Below are positions 8,800 through 19,997 of a DNA stretch of 47,940 nucleotides, in pieces. The notes beneath the pieces were generated by a model. The model was not told where the DNA came from. It saw only the letters and a list, made by a program, of their open reading frames with translations, and made no database searches. Each line of letters starts with the position of its first letter. Position 1 is the stretch's first letter. Source of the DNA: Octopus sinensis (lineage: Eukaryota); contig NW_021834515.1 of assembly GCF_006345805.1 (NCBI RefSeq), forward strand, positions 1-47,940, in the 5' to 3' direction. A program made the translations under genes and the position numbers.

Positions 8800-11370
8800 A
8801 TTTAAAATATTTAAACATACGGGTTGTGCGATGTATGCAAGATACTCAGAACGGATATTTAACAGATTTGTATTATTCCTATGTTTTAAAATTTCATGTT
8901 TCCATAGAACAAAGTTCACAACCATCTCTACTATTTTTATAAGGCCGTGCTTTTCTTACTATATCCCATTTCAGGTTAAATTCTATATTATTCCTTTTCA
9001 GTTCCCAAATTTTACAAGACAATGTTGTGCAACCTGCCTTGTGTTTAAGCCTAAAGGAGGAAAAGTGACTGTTTAAACCAAAATAAAGATAGTTGTTATT
9101 TGAAGTCACTATTGTACATTTATAAATTACATTTTGGATCAAACAGCGGCCAGATACCGGACATTTTGATCTAATCCTACAATTACAACTGGGGGATAAT
9201 TCTTGGAACTAGTATTATTTATGGACAAATTGTTATTAGTATTAGTGTTATTTCCTCTAATAGTAGTTATATTGTTATGTAAACTGGGGTTACTAGTTAT
9301 TAATCTATTCTCACTATCCTCACCTACTACATTTTTATCTATACTACCTATATTATTGATGTTGTTATCACTATTTATATTAATGTTGTTATTATCATCA
9401 TCATCATTATTATTATTATTATCATTATTATTATTCCTATTTTTATTATTACTATTACTATTATTATTGTTGTTATTATTTATTCTAGCTCTAGCTAACT
9501 TTATATTTTTACTATTAAGTATTACTATTTACTATTATGGTGGCCATATTTGGAAGAGTAGAATATGATACTCTTACTGATTTCTTAGAAATTATTTTAT
9601 AATATTTATGGGAAGTTTTTTTCCAGTATAGACATAAATCTACTGTATATATTCGTAGAGATCGCTCAGTTGAAGGGGATATTTAACCAAATGACATTTT
9701 TTCTTTTGAATTTTTATTTGAGTAAGAGTGGGAAAGATTAATGTTATCCATATTCTTACGAGATTCATTATTCATTTTAGTCTTATATTTATGTTTATTA
9801 GGTCTTTTTCTTTGTGGGAGAGATTTTTATATTATTATTTACGTTTATTTTATCTGGTTTAAGATTTTCATATTTATTTATGATCTGTTTACTATTTTCA
9901 TTCATATTATTGAGTTTATATACTAGGTTCTTTTCTTCTATTGATTCATGTTTATTTAGAGTATGAGATTCTATATTACTTGAGCTATTTACATTCACTT
10001 CATCGTTTAAGATATTTATGTTATCAAGATCTAGGAAGGTGATTTCCTGGTCATATCCAGCCCTGGATAATGCAACATTATAATGATTCGAGTTAGAGTC
10101 AAAAATTTCAATATTTGATGATAATTTTGAAATTCTCTGAGAAATATTTTTCACTATTGATTTTAGTATATTAGGGGGGTGATTAGATAATTTATTTATG
10201 TATCTGGTAACTTCACCCTTCTTTCTAAATGGGTGATATAACTTTGAATTTAAGTTTAAGGTAATGTCTAGAAAATTCACTATCTTGGTGTTATATTCAT
10301 ATGAAATCTTTGAAAAAATTACTAATTTTCTTTCTTATTCTCTCAATTTTTGATTTATTGTTACTAGGTACAATAAACAAAGCATCATCTCTATATAAAC
10401 CTCCTTGTAATTCTGGGATTTTCCTACTTATGCATTTTAATAAATATGCCCCTACTAAATTAGTTATCTCTGCCGAATCACTTGAGCCCATGGGTATGTC
10501 GAAATTATTTGGGGTATCAGCCCTAGTCCATAATTTTCCTTCAAATTCGACGACAGTTTTCCTAGCTAATAGAATAATGTCAATTTCTTCCCTAGTTATG
10601 AGAGAGAGGTTCTTAGCAAAAATGAGGGATTTATTAAGTAGAATGGGGGATATGCTGGAATAGTAATTGTTAATGTCAAATTGGATAAAAGAAATTCTAT
10701 TATTATTATCTAAAGATTTAAACCAATCAATTACCTCGTCTGTATTAATCCATAGACTCAAGGGAAAGTTAGGGATTATATGGGGTAGAACATTGTCCAA
10801 AATAGATTTACTAAGTCGGCCAATGAGTCTTACAGAAGGGTTTTCACAGAAATTTTTCTTATGGGCCTTAAGATTAATCCTAGGTTCACATGGTGTTAAA
10901 GGTTCCGTCCTATCGGCTAGATCATAATTTGTCGTAACTTTTTCATTTCTAAATTAATATCCCTCAGGTTCTTATTTGTTGTTACTTTATATCTTAAGTT
11001 CAGTTCCTTTCTAATAAGCTTACTGTGTGTTGTATAATCCATTCTGTAAAGGTTTCCAGTTTTGTCGGCTGGGATCAGGATGCCCTGTTTATTTTGTAGA
11101 GATTTAATAAAATCCTTCAGATATCTAAGGTGTGAATGTTCCTTGAATTTAACATTTGCAATAAGGTCAAGTAAATCTTTTTCAAAGTTGTCAAGCAGTG
11201 GATTCAGATGTGGGTTCTTCCTACTTCTAAAAATCTTTTTGTAGTGACTATTTAAGTGTATTTCTTGAGAATTCTTTTTCAGTTTGGCATCATGTGGTAA
11301 GTAATCCATCTGATTCTTCGAATAAACTCATTGGTTCTGTGGATCAATAGCCATATGTATGCGTCCTTAC
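8800..11370 (-). pseudogene. Naiad-type PLE RT + GIY-YIG polyprotein, frameshifted
   Basis: PADKTGNLY, FIQFDINNYY, PMGSSDSAEI, LYRDD, NFLDITL, NHPP; then SCNCRIRSKCPVSGRC..VIYKC..YFG..LSCKIWELK..CELC and a final CIH. Confidence 0.82.
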
Positions 11371-11639
11371 TATGTAAGGGGATATCCTTTGGGGAAAACT
11401 CTATTTCACCCCTTTTTCTATAAATAGAAAATCTTTTTTGTCTTCTTTAAACTGATTATACTTCCCAACCTTCTAGCAGTTCAAAAAAACTTAATGAATA
11501 TTCTTCAGTCAGAAGATAAACTCTACTACCTTAATGTTCTTAAAATTAAAATCGACATCTTTGTCTGTATATCTACCTTCTCTATAATGTTATCAATTGA
11601 TATGAAAATTATGTATTAATGGGAAACCTCTATAAATGG

Positions 11640-11717
11640 CTGATGATTGCTCAACATTTTAAAACTGCTGTAATACTTACAATATTTAATAAAATGATGT
11701 AGCGTGAAACGATCGTA
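11640..11717 (+). ncRNA. Degenerate hammerhead-like motif with long stem II (minus-strand copy at 6615-6692)
   Basis: CTGATGA, paired TGCT..CATTTTA/TAAAATG..AGCG, GAA-AC-GATC-GT-A; stem I pairs poorly. Confidence 0.3.
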
Positions 11718-11769
11718 GCAAATTACCGAGGTTATTCTTGTTGCTTATTTTAATTATATATATATATAT

Positions 11770-11832
<63 letters not shown>

Positions 11833-11839
11833 GATATAT

Positions 11840-12809
11840 ATCATCATCATCGTTTAGCGTCTGCTTTACATGCTAGCATGGGTTGAAAGGTTCAATTGGG
11901 GTCTGGGAAGCCAGAAAGCTGCACCAGACCCAGTCTGATCTGGCAATGTTTCTACAGCTGGATGCCCTTCCTAATGCCAACCATTCTGTGAGTGTAGTGG
12001 GTGCTTTTTACGTGCCACCAGCACAAATGACAGATTTGGCTGGCAACGGCCAGGTTCGGACGGTTCTCTTACGTGCCACCGGCACTGGTATCACAACAAT
12101 TCCATTGATGTTGATCGATTTCGATTTTCACTTGCCTCAACAGGTCTTCACAAGCAGAGTTTTGTGTCCCAAGAAGAAAAGGTATGCATAAGTGGACTGG
12201 CTACATCCCAGGTAAAGGCCACAGGTTATGGTCTCACTTGTCCTGCTGGGTCTTCTCACGCACAGCATACTTCCAAAAGGTCTTGGTCACTAGTCATTTC
12301 TTCGGTGAGCCCTAATGTTCGAAGGTCATGCTTCACCACCTCGTCCCAGGTTTTCCTGGGTCTACCTCTTCCACAGGTTTACTCAATCGCTAGGGTGTGG
12401 CACTTTTTCACACAACTATCTTCATCCATTCTCGTCACATGACCATACCAGTGCAAACGTCTCTCTTAAACACTACAACTGATGCTTCTTAGGTCCAACT
12501 TTTCTCTCAAGGTACTTACACTCTGTCGAGTAGGAACACTGACATTACACATCCATCGGAGCATACTGGCTTCATTTCTTGCAAGCTTACGCATATCCTC
12601 AGCAGTCACGGTCCATGTTTCACTGCCATGTAGCATGGCTGTTCGTACACATGCATCATACAGTCTGCCTTTAGTCACCAACAGAGGTAAGAGCTCTCTG
12701 AACTTTGCCCAGGCTATTCTTACTCTAGCAGTTACACTTTCAGCACACCCACCCCCGCTACTGACTTGGTCACCTAGGTAACAGAAGCTATCAACTATTT
12801 CTAGTTTTT
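11840..12809 (-). mobile_element. 5'-truncated RTE LINE (C-terminus of RT ORF + 3' UTR)
   Basis: KGRLYDACVRTAMLHGSETW; matches 31691-32810. Confidence 0.88.
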
Positions 12810-13291
12810 TAATACTTATACGTCACTATGAAAACGTACACATCTTCACTCGCACTTTTTGCCAAATATATACGCATATATATATACAAACTCATACACA
12901 CACACATGCGTACCATAAAAGTTCATACATACGTCTATATACGCACAAGCACAAGAAAAACCAAGGTTAAAGGTAACAGAAAAAAACATCAGGAAGTATA
13001 CAAAGCATAAAAACCACGTTCATATACGGACATGCCCCTATGCACTCATACACACACACGCCCATATGTACATACCCGCACATATTTATATACCCATACA
13101 TACACACGCATATACAAAAAATGAATATACAGATGTTCCCCCACCCCCCAAAAAATGGAAAAATACTAAGTAAAAACGTTTTTCTTGTGCTTGTGCTTAT
13201 ATAGACGTATGTATGTGTTCGCGAGCAGGATTATAACACAGTAATTTCCCTTCATATAATGGTATTTTTTGATAGCGTTTTTCAGATGGCC

Positions 13292-13354
13292 AGATAACCG
13301 AAGAGATGGTGTTGTGGACTTCCACTTCGGCATCTGAAACTCAGAGTTTTATCT
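13292..13354 (+). ncRNA. Hammerhead-like motif (CCGAAGA core) in the upstream pLTR
   Basis: Same fold as 804-866; sense to the PLE ORF. Confidence 0.55.
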
Positions 13355-13563
13355 TGACTATTGAGTAAATGTAACATATTATTTTATAGATAAATTTCCT
13401 CTATTTACATAATATTGAGGTCTCTTTCTTTCTCTTGTTATCTTACCGTTTTTGCCAATAAATTACCTCCCGGACGACGCTATTCTTCACTAAGAGCTAA
13501 TACAGCTTTTTTGGATTATCGCCTAACATCGGTTGAGGACTCTTACACACAGAAGAATTTAAT

Positions 13564-15690
13564 ATGGACGCATATTACATAGATTATTCTATGAAAAATA
13601 TACCAATCCCACCAAGGGAACTTTATTCAAAGAAACTTTTAGAGAAAATTACTGATCTAATTAAGCGCATGAGATGGAAAGCTTTCTTTTTTAATACAGA
13701 AGTGGACACCATGGAAAATACTTTCTATCGTATAAAATCTAAAAAATTCCCTCCCAAGATTAAAGGCTTGGAAGATTTCGAAGCGGACCTACTGAAAATT
13801 ATGAATAAAATAAAATTTCATAAGTCTTTTAACAATTTCCAACATAAATTGAAAAACGATATAAAACATATAAAAAGCTCCAAGAAAAAAGCACTTTTTT
13901 CGGATAAAACCAAGAACTTATACCTGATAGATAACAGCATATATACACAACTCTTACACAACAGCATCATTATTAATTACACTAAGGCTAGGCCACAGAC
14001 ATATAATGAAATTAATAAAGAAGCTAGCGTTATCGTCGCTAAACTTAAATTAGATAAAAAAAATAGAAGTCCTCCCCCAAAAAGAGGCCTTTATTACAAT
14101 TAAAGACCACAAACAGAACTTCCTTTCCAACCCTAAATGTAGGCTTATCAACCCAGCTAAGTCAGAACTTGAGATTATTAGTAAAGAAATTTTAGATAAA
14201 ATAAATGCGAAAATTAAGACCGCTACTAGGCTAGTACAATGGTCCAAAGGTATAGAGGTCGTAGACTGGTTTAAAGCCATTAAGATTAAGAAAAAAGCGA
14301 GGTTTACACAATTAGATATTGTTGATTTTTATGCCTCTATCTCTAAAGAACTGCTAGATAAAGCCCTCGTCTTCGCTAGCGATTTCATAGAAATCAGTAC
14401 AAATGATAAGGACATAATATTCCATGCTAGAAAGACCTTAATTTTCTGTAAGAACGCAAAGTGGGTCAAAAATACTGACACAGAGGGTGCTTTCGATGTG
14501 AGCATGGGGTCATATGATGGAGCAGGCATTTGCGATCTTATTGGATTTTTTCTCCTAGATACTTTAGGTAAGACATTTCCTGACGTATATTTCGCCATCT
14601 ACAAAGATGATGCCCTCGCTTTAACCGCTAATACAAATGGACCAGCACAGGATCGTTTTAGGAAGGATATTATCCAATTAATGAAATACTTCGGACTTAG
14701 TATAACTATAGATACTAACCTGACAGTTGTCAATTTCCTAGACGTTTCCTTAGATCTAAATAAGAATATTTATAAGCTTTATAGGAAGCCCAATGATAGA
14801 CTTAATTATATTAATGTAGGTTCATGCCATCCCCCTATAGTATTCAAAAATTTAGTTAAAAATATTAGTAAGAGAATTTCTAGCCTCTCCTCCAATAAGG
14901 ACATTTTTAATAGCATTGCTCCAGTTTATAATAAGGCTTTAAAAGATAGTGGTTTTAGCGATAAAATAAAATATACACCTGTTACTAGCCCAACAGTAAA
15001 GAAGAGGAAAAATAGAAATAGGAAGATATCTGGTTTACACCGCCTTACTCACCCGAGGTGACCTTCAATATAGGTAAATATTTCTTAACACTGATAGATA
15101 GACATTTTCCAGTTAACCATACTTATAGGAAACTCTTCAATAAACGCAATTTAAAAATTAGTTTTAGTTCTACTACCAATTTAAAAAATATAATCACACA
15201 TAACACACAAAAACCACAACAAGAAAACAGTTGTTCATGCAGGAATAAAAAATTGTGCCCGCTAAATGGAGCTTGCATGTCCAAGACCATCATATATGAA
15301 GCTACCGTGGACTCTATAATCACTAAAGACACCGTTTCGACGAAGAAATACGTGGGCCTTACAGAGGGTAATTTCAAGGTCAGGTTCAATAACCACACCT
15401 TGAGTTTTAGGCACTGGAACAAAAGAAAAGCGACAAAATTATCTAATCATATTTGGTCTTTAAGAGATAAAGGTGTCGATTATAACATCCATTGGAAGAT
15501 TTTGGCCAAATGTAAGCCCTACACCAATGGCATCGGAAGGTGCGGTCTATGCGACATGGAGAGATGGCTTATCTGGAAAAGCAGCTTAGACCCTACTACA
15601 TGTCTAAACTCAAGGACAGAACTTTTTGGATCATGCCCACACGTAACTAAATTTTTGTTACATTTTTGGTCCCCTAAAGAAAACAGATAG
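13564..15690 (+). pseudogene. PLE reverse transcriptase + C-terminal GIY-YIG endonuclease (~700 aa once two 1-bp indels are corrected)
   Basis: IPIP..LIKRMRWKAFF, DKTKNLY, RLINPAKSEL, QLDIVDFY, MGSYDGA, YKDD, NFLDV, HPP; SCSC..CPLNGAC..IIYEA..YVGLTEG..R..H..LSNHIW..CGLC..E..LN..CPH. Frameshifts in the A8 run at 14056-14063 and near 15027; no internal stops found. Confidence 0.9.
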
Positions 15691-16370
15691 AACTTGCTTT
15701 CTATATTATGTCCCAAAAAGTTTTTTATCTCATTATACCTTTTATTATTACATATATATTTTTATATTTTCACACAATTTTTTTCTGTACTTTTCTATCC
15801 TGCATTTTTTCCTGTGCCTATATAGATGTGTATATAGATTCATTTGTACACATGTGTGAATATGTATGAGTGGGCAGTTTTAGATGTGTGCGTGTGTGCG
15901 AGCATAAGAATGCACATATATATAGACAGTTTTACTTAGTATTTTTCCATTGGGGGGGGGACACATATGTATATTCATTTTTTGTATATGCGTGTGTATG
16001 TATGCGTATATAAATATGTGCAGGTATGTACATATGGGCGTGTGTGTGTGTATGAGTGCATAGGGGCATGTCCGCATATGAACGTGGTTTTTAAAATTTT
16101 TATCCTTCCTTATGGTTTTTTCTGTTACCTTTAACCATGGTTTTTCTTGTGCTTGTGCGCATATAGACGTATGTATGAACTTTTACGGTACGCATGTGTG
16201 TGTATATGAGTTTGTATATATATGCGTATATATTTGGCGAAAAATGCGAGTGAGGATGTGTACGTTTTCATAGTGACGTATAAGTACGCACGTGGGTCCG
16301 CAAGCAGAATTATAACACAGTAATTTTCCTTTATATAACGGTATTTTTTCATAGCGTTTTTCAGATGGCC

Positions 16371-16433
16371 AGATAACCGAAGAGATGGTGTTGTGGATTT
16401 CCACTTCGGCATTTGAAACTCAGAGTTTTATCT
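16371..16433 (+). ncRNA. Hammerhead-like motif (CCGAAGA core) in the downstream pLTR
   Basis: Same fold; stem II closing C changed to T (CATT). Confidence 0.5.
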
Positions 16434-16589
16434 TGACTATTGAGTAAATGTAACATATTATTTTATATATATATATATAGGGGTAAAATATGAGATTGGG
16501 TAGTGTCTTTTAGTTAGAGTAGATCTAAGTTCAAGAAGTCTATGTTCACGAGTGTATGTATCGGAAACTATGGTGCAGATTCTTTTTGC

Positions 16590-17600
16590 TAGGTTAAAGG
16601 GTCAATCTCATTAGTAAATGAAGGCATCAAAAGAGCTAAGGGAATAGATATACAAAGATTAAGGAAAACTAGCCGTAATACTAAACATGACTTAAAAATA
16701 CTCCCGTACATCTCCACACATAACCCCAGAAATAACGAAGCCGTCAACATCATCACCCAAAACCTCCCCATCCTCACAGCAGACAAAACAATGAACGAAA
16801 TTTTAAGCTCATATAAAATCATAAAAAGCAACCGAAGTCACTGAAAAGAATACTAACCAGCGCTAGACTTTACCCACTAACTACTGAGCCAAAAGTGACA
16901 AAATGTGAACGTTCCAACTGTGGAACATGCCCCCACCTTCTGGAGGGTTCAGAATTCCAATTCAAACAAGGAGAAATATTTAAGATCAAATCAAATTTCA
17001 CCTGCGCCTCAGCAAATGTAAACTATGTCATGACATGCATAGGATGCGGTAAACTCTATATTGGACAAACAGGAATTTCGCTCCGTCAAAGAATCACCAT
17101 TCACAAAGAGCAAATCCGCCACCCACAATACAGACAGTTAAAGGTGAGTGAACACGTAGAAAGATGTGCCAGGAATCTTAATCCCAATTTCCAAATATTT
17201 CCCTTTTACCAATGCTCACAGAACACCACAATGCAACAAAGGTTGAATAAAGAGTCATTTTTCATTAACAAATTTCTCCCCCAACTAAATGTGAACACAC
17301 AACTCAATACAGAATACCACTAACTCTTCAATTTAAACCACTAAACCCTATACACTTTCTACATCACTCACATTTCTAATTCCTGAACTACTTACCTCCC
17401 TTATACATATAATCCAGAACTACTTACCTTATTATACATATAATCCAGAACTACTTACAAATAATCTCTTTTCTCAGGAACTATTAGGCCTGACACCGTT
17501 TACTAACCGGTGTTGTTGAAATGATGAATAGCTAACGCGAAAACCAATTGGTTCGTTTCAGTCTCTTACCTTATTATTATTATTATTAACTTCTTATAAT
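16590..17600 (+). mobile_element. 5'-truncated Neptune-type PLE (linker, CxxC knuckle, GIY-YIG, 3' terminus)
   Basis: LPYISTHNPRN; CERSNCGTCPH; FTCASANVNYVMTCIGCGKLYIGQTG..LRQRITIH..E..FI..F.PQLN (16895-17323). Confidence 0.8.
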
Positions 17601-18080
17601 CATCAATAATAATAATAACCTTTTTGACTAGTAATACTCTAAATGTATATATTTGTCACTACCTGTCATAAATAGCCTTTTTATATCTACAATATGCATT
17701 TTCGTCGATTTTTCATATTTTACCCTTACATTTCCATGCGTATTTTATATTTTTTCAAATCATATTTCTACTATATATATATATATACAGGCTGAAAAAA
17801 GATTAAAGATTTCTTTTAGACAATAGACAACTACACTCCCTCTCTTACTCTCTAACACTTTGAACTCTATACGAAACTATATTTAAAGAAGACTTCAACG
17901 AAAAACCTTCAGACTTGTTTTTGACCCCTAGACAGAACATAGTCTGTTGTTACTTTGAATTTTTATAATTTTTACTGATATTTGATAGGATATGATTCAT
18001 CAGTGAAACCAGTAACATTATATATAATTTTTAAAATCATTTTATTAAATTCCTTCTACTTCAATGCTATTTCCACCTCC

Positions 18081-18152
<72 letters not shown>

Positions 18153-18294
18153 GGAGGTGGAAATAGCACTGAAGTAAATGTAAGACATTTCAATTATATA
18201 TGCAGTGAATGGAAAATGATGCTGTACTGCTTAGCATTCATGCTGGAAGCTCCAATACAAACATTTGAGAGTGTATGTGTGTCAGTCTGAGGAC

Positions 18295-18885
18295 AGTGCA
18301 ATCTGAGGACATGTACCAAGAGTGATAAAAATCAAACATCCAGTCAACATCATGGTGTTTGGAATGATTACTAGTGGTGGTGACATTATGCCTCTATTCA
18401 TCTTCCCACACAGCTTCAAACTCAACACAGAGGCCTACATCAAGTGCCTGGAGGAGGTAGTGCTGCCCTGGCTCAAGAGGGTGGCTGTGGGAAGACCCTG
18501 TGTCTGGCAACAGGACTCTGCACCTTGCCACGCAAGCAGGAGAACCCAATCATGGCTGTCAGACAATTTCTGCAACCACATCACCTATAACATCTGGCCA
18601 CCTAACTCCCCAGACTGCAACCCCCTTGATTATCATGTGTGGGACACAGTTGAGTGAGAGACCAACAAAACTCCTTGTAACACCAAAGATGAACTGAAGG
18701 CAAAGATCATGGCAGCATTCACCAACTTAAACAAGGAGACCATCCAGAAGATTTGCAGGAGTTTCCAAAGTCATCTGGAGGCCATGGTTGAAGCCAATGG
18801 TAATTTTATTGAATAAATTTATTCTTTAGCATATCGAGATATTTTTATGCAATTTTGGTAAACATATTTGTTAAAATGAGATGTT
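18295..18885 (+). mobile_element. Tc1/mariner-superfamily fragment, DD37D (maT) type
   Basis: WQQDSAPCH...WPPNSPDCNPLDY: 37 residues between the second and third Asp (counted); no TIRs found. Confidence 0.8.
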
Positions 18886-19419
18886 AGTGTTATATATATA
18901 TAAGCTACTGTAAAAGAATTGGATTTTTAATAGTTGTTTACTCCTAGCTTGTACTCTCACTTTTCACACTTTTCAAAAAGCCTTTTCACTTTTAACTAAT
19001 ATCATCATTGATCAATTGTTGAAAATAAGGTTAACAAAAAGTCTATATAGAAAATAAAGAAATAGATAAATAATTTAACAAAAGTTGCACAAATATTATC
19101 ATGTATACTTGTTCATTTTGTTTCTTCTATTCAAACTAATAAAAGTATGTTTGTAAAGGTAAGTAAACAGCAAGAATTTCTATATATCACCATGGTAGCC
19201 CAAGTCACTGCTGATAATATAATTTAGAAGTAGTAGATCAAATATTACATACTTATGTTCATGATTGTGTGAGTGGTTGTGTCTATATAGTGATATTGCA
19301 AATAATGCTTATATATCTCATTAAATACCTATAATTTCGACTTTTCTCAACAGGAATACTATCCAAGTTAACTTTCTTATGTGACTGTTTCCCAAAACTA
19401 TTGCTAATATTGTATTTTA

Positions 19420-19635
19420 AGGGAACAAGTTGGCAGAATTGTTAGCATGCTGGGCAAAATGCCTAGTGACATTTCATCCATCTTAATTTTTTTAATTCAA
19501 ATTCTGTGGAGGTTGACTTTGCCTTTCATCCTTTCGGGGTCAATAAAATTAGTATCAATTGAGCACTGGGGATGATGTAATCAACTTACCTTCCCCGCTG
19601 AAATAACTGGCCTTGTGCCAGAATTTGAAACCAAC
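19420..19635 (+). mobile_element. Old SINE, probably Nin/Deu-domain type
   Basis: TTGGCAGAATTGTTAG head, TTCAAATT B-box remnant, GACTTTGCCTTTCATCCTTTCGGGGTCAATAAA central motif; family assignment from memory. Confidence 0.5.
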
Positions 19636-19776
19636 ATAGTAATTTATAAGAATATTAACTTCTTGAAATGAATATTTCAGTTTTATAATTCTAAAATTTT
19701 AATAATTTGTTGCATTTATGAAATGGGAATCAGAGAAAAGTGTAAAAAATATTTAAAAAACTAAAATTTTCCATAC

Positions 19777-19997
19777 CTGGCCAATCAATGTAAGCACCTA
19801 AATTAGATGCCTGTCTTTTCAGCCATTCCACTTGTTTCACAAGTTGCTTGAAAGATATACCTTCTTTATTTTGCATGAGAACAGCAGCAATCATGGACCA
19901 TGGGCTGACAACAAAGTATTTTTGTTGGCATAGAAGTATCTGGTAGGAAAGTCGCATAATGAGCTTCTGTTCTCCCAATGAGACAGAGCTTATGTAT
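19777..19997 (-). CDS. GNPAT: GNPAT coding exon (221 bp, third visible)
   Basis: YISSVSLGEQKLIMRLSYQILLCQQKYFVVSPWSMIAAVLMQNKEGISFKQLVKQVEWLKRQASNLGAYIDWP resembles human [47 protein letters not shown] acceptor, G|GTATGG donor; phase 2 start fits the previous exon. Confidence 0.88.

Larger units (their letters stand above)
6575..11760 (-). mobile_element. Penelope-like element, Naiad-type, decayed; 3' terminus (6575-6785 + 7813-7961) duplicated in inverted orientation at 11402-11760
   Basis: Minus-strand ORF pieces below; arms are reverse complements once the piggyBac at 6786-7812 is removed. Confidence 0.8.
12813..16465 (+). mobile_element. Near-intact Naiad-type Penelope-like element: inverted 3' segment, direct pLTR, ORF, 3' UTR, pLTR
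   Basis: 12813-13176 is the reverse complement of 15929-16286; 13177-13385 directly repeats 16139-16465 (with an internal deletion); hammerhead-like motif in both pLTRs. Confidence 0.88.

Noticed and set aside
8894-8896. In-frame TGA in a Naiad endonuclease as possible selenocysteine (some Naiads are reported to encode selenoproteins)
   Set aside because: It aligns to Trp (MERW in the other Naiad), not Cys, and lies amid frameshifts; the near-intact Naiad has no in-frame TGA.
9203-9568. 121-aa Leu-rich plus-strand ORF that looks like a membrane protein
   Set aside because: It is the antisense reading of the (AAT)n-rich PLE linker.
13370-13560. Possible spliceosomal intron in the Naiad 5' region (known for some PLEs)
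   Set aside because: GT and AG candidates exist, but there is no convincing donor consensus or pyrimidine tract next to an acceptor; it needs transcript data.
17385-17458. Short tandem duplications (~32 bp here; ~23 bp at 22572-22614)
   Set aside because: Ordinary local slippage events with no further structure.
17973-18020. CTGATAT...GAAACCAGTA hammerhead-like string
   Set aside because: Core positions 8 and 9 are both wrong and stem I does not pair.
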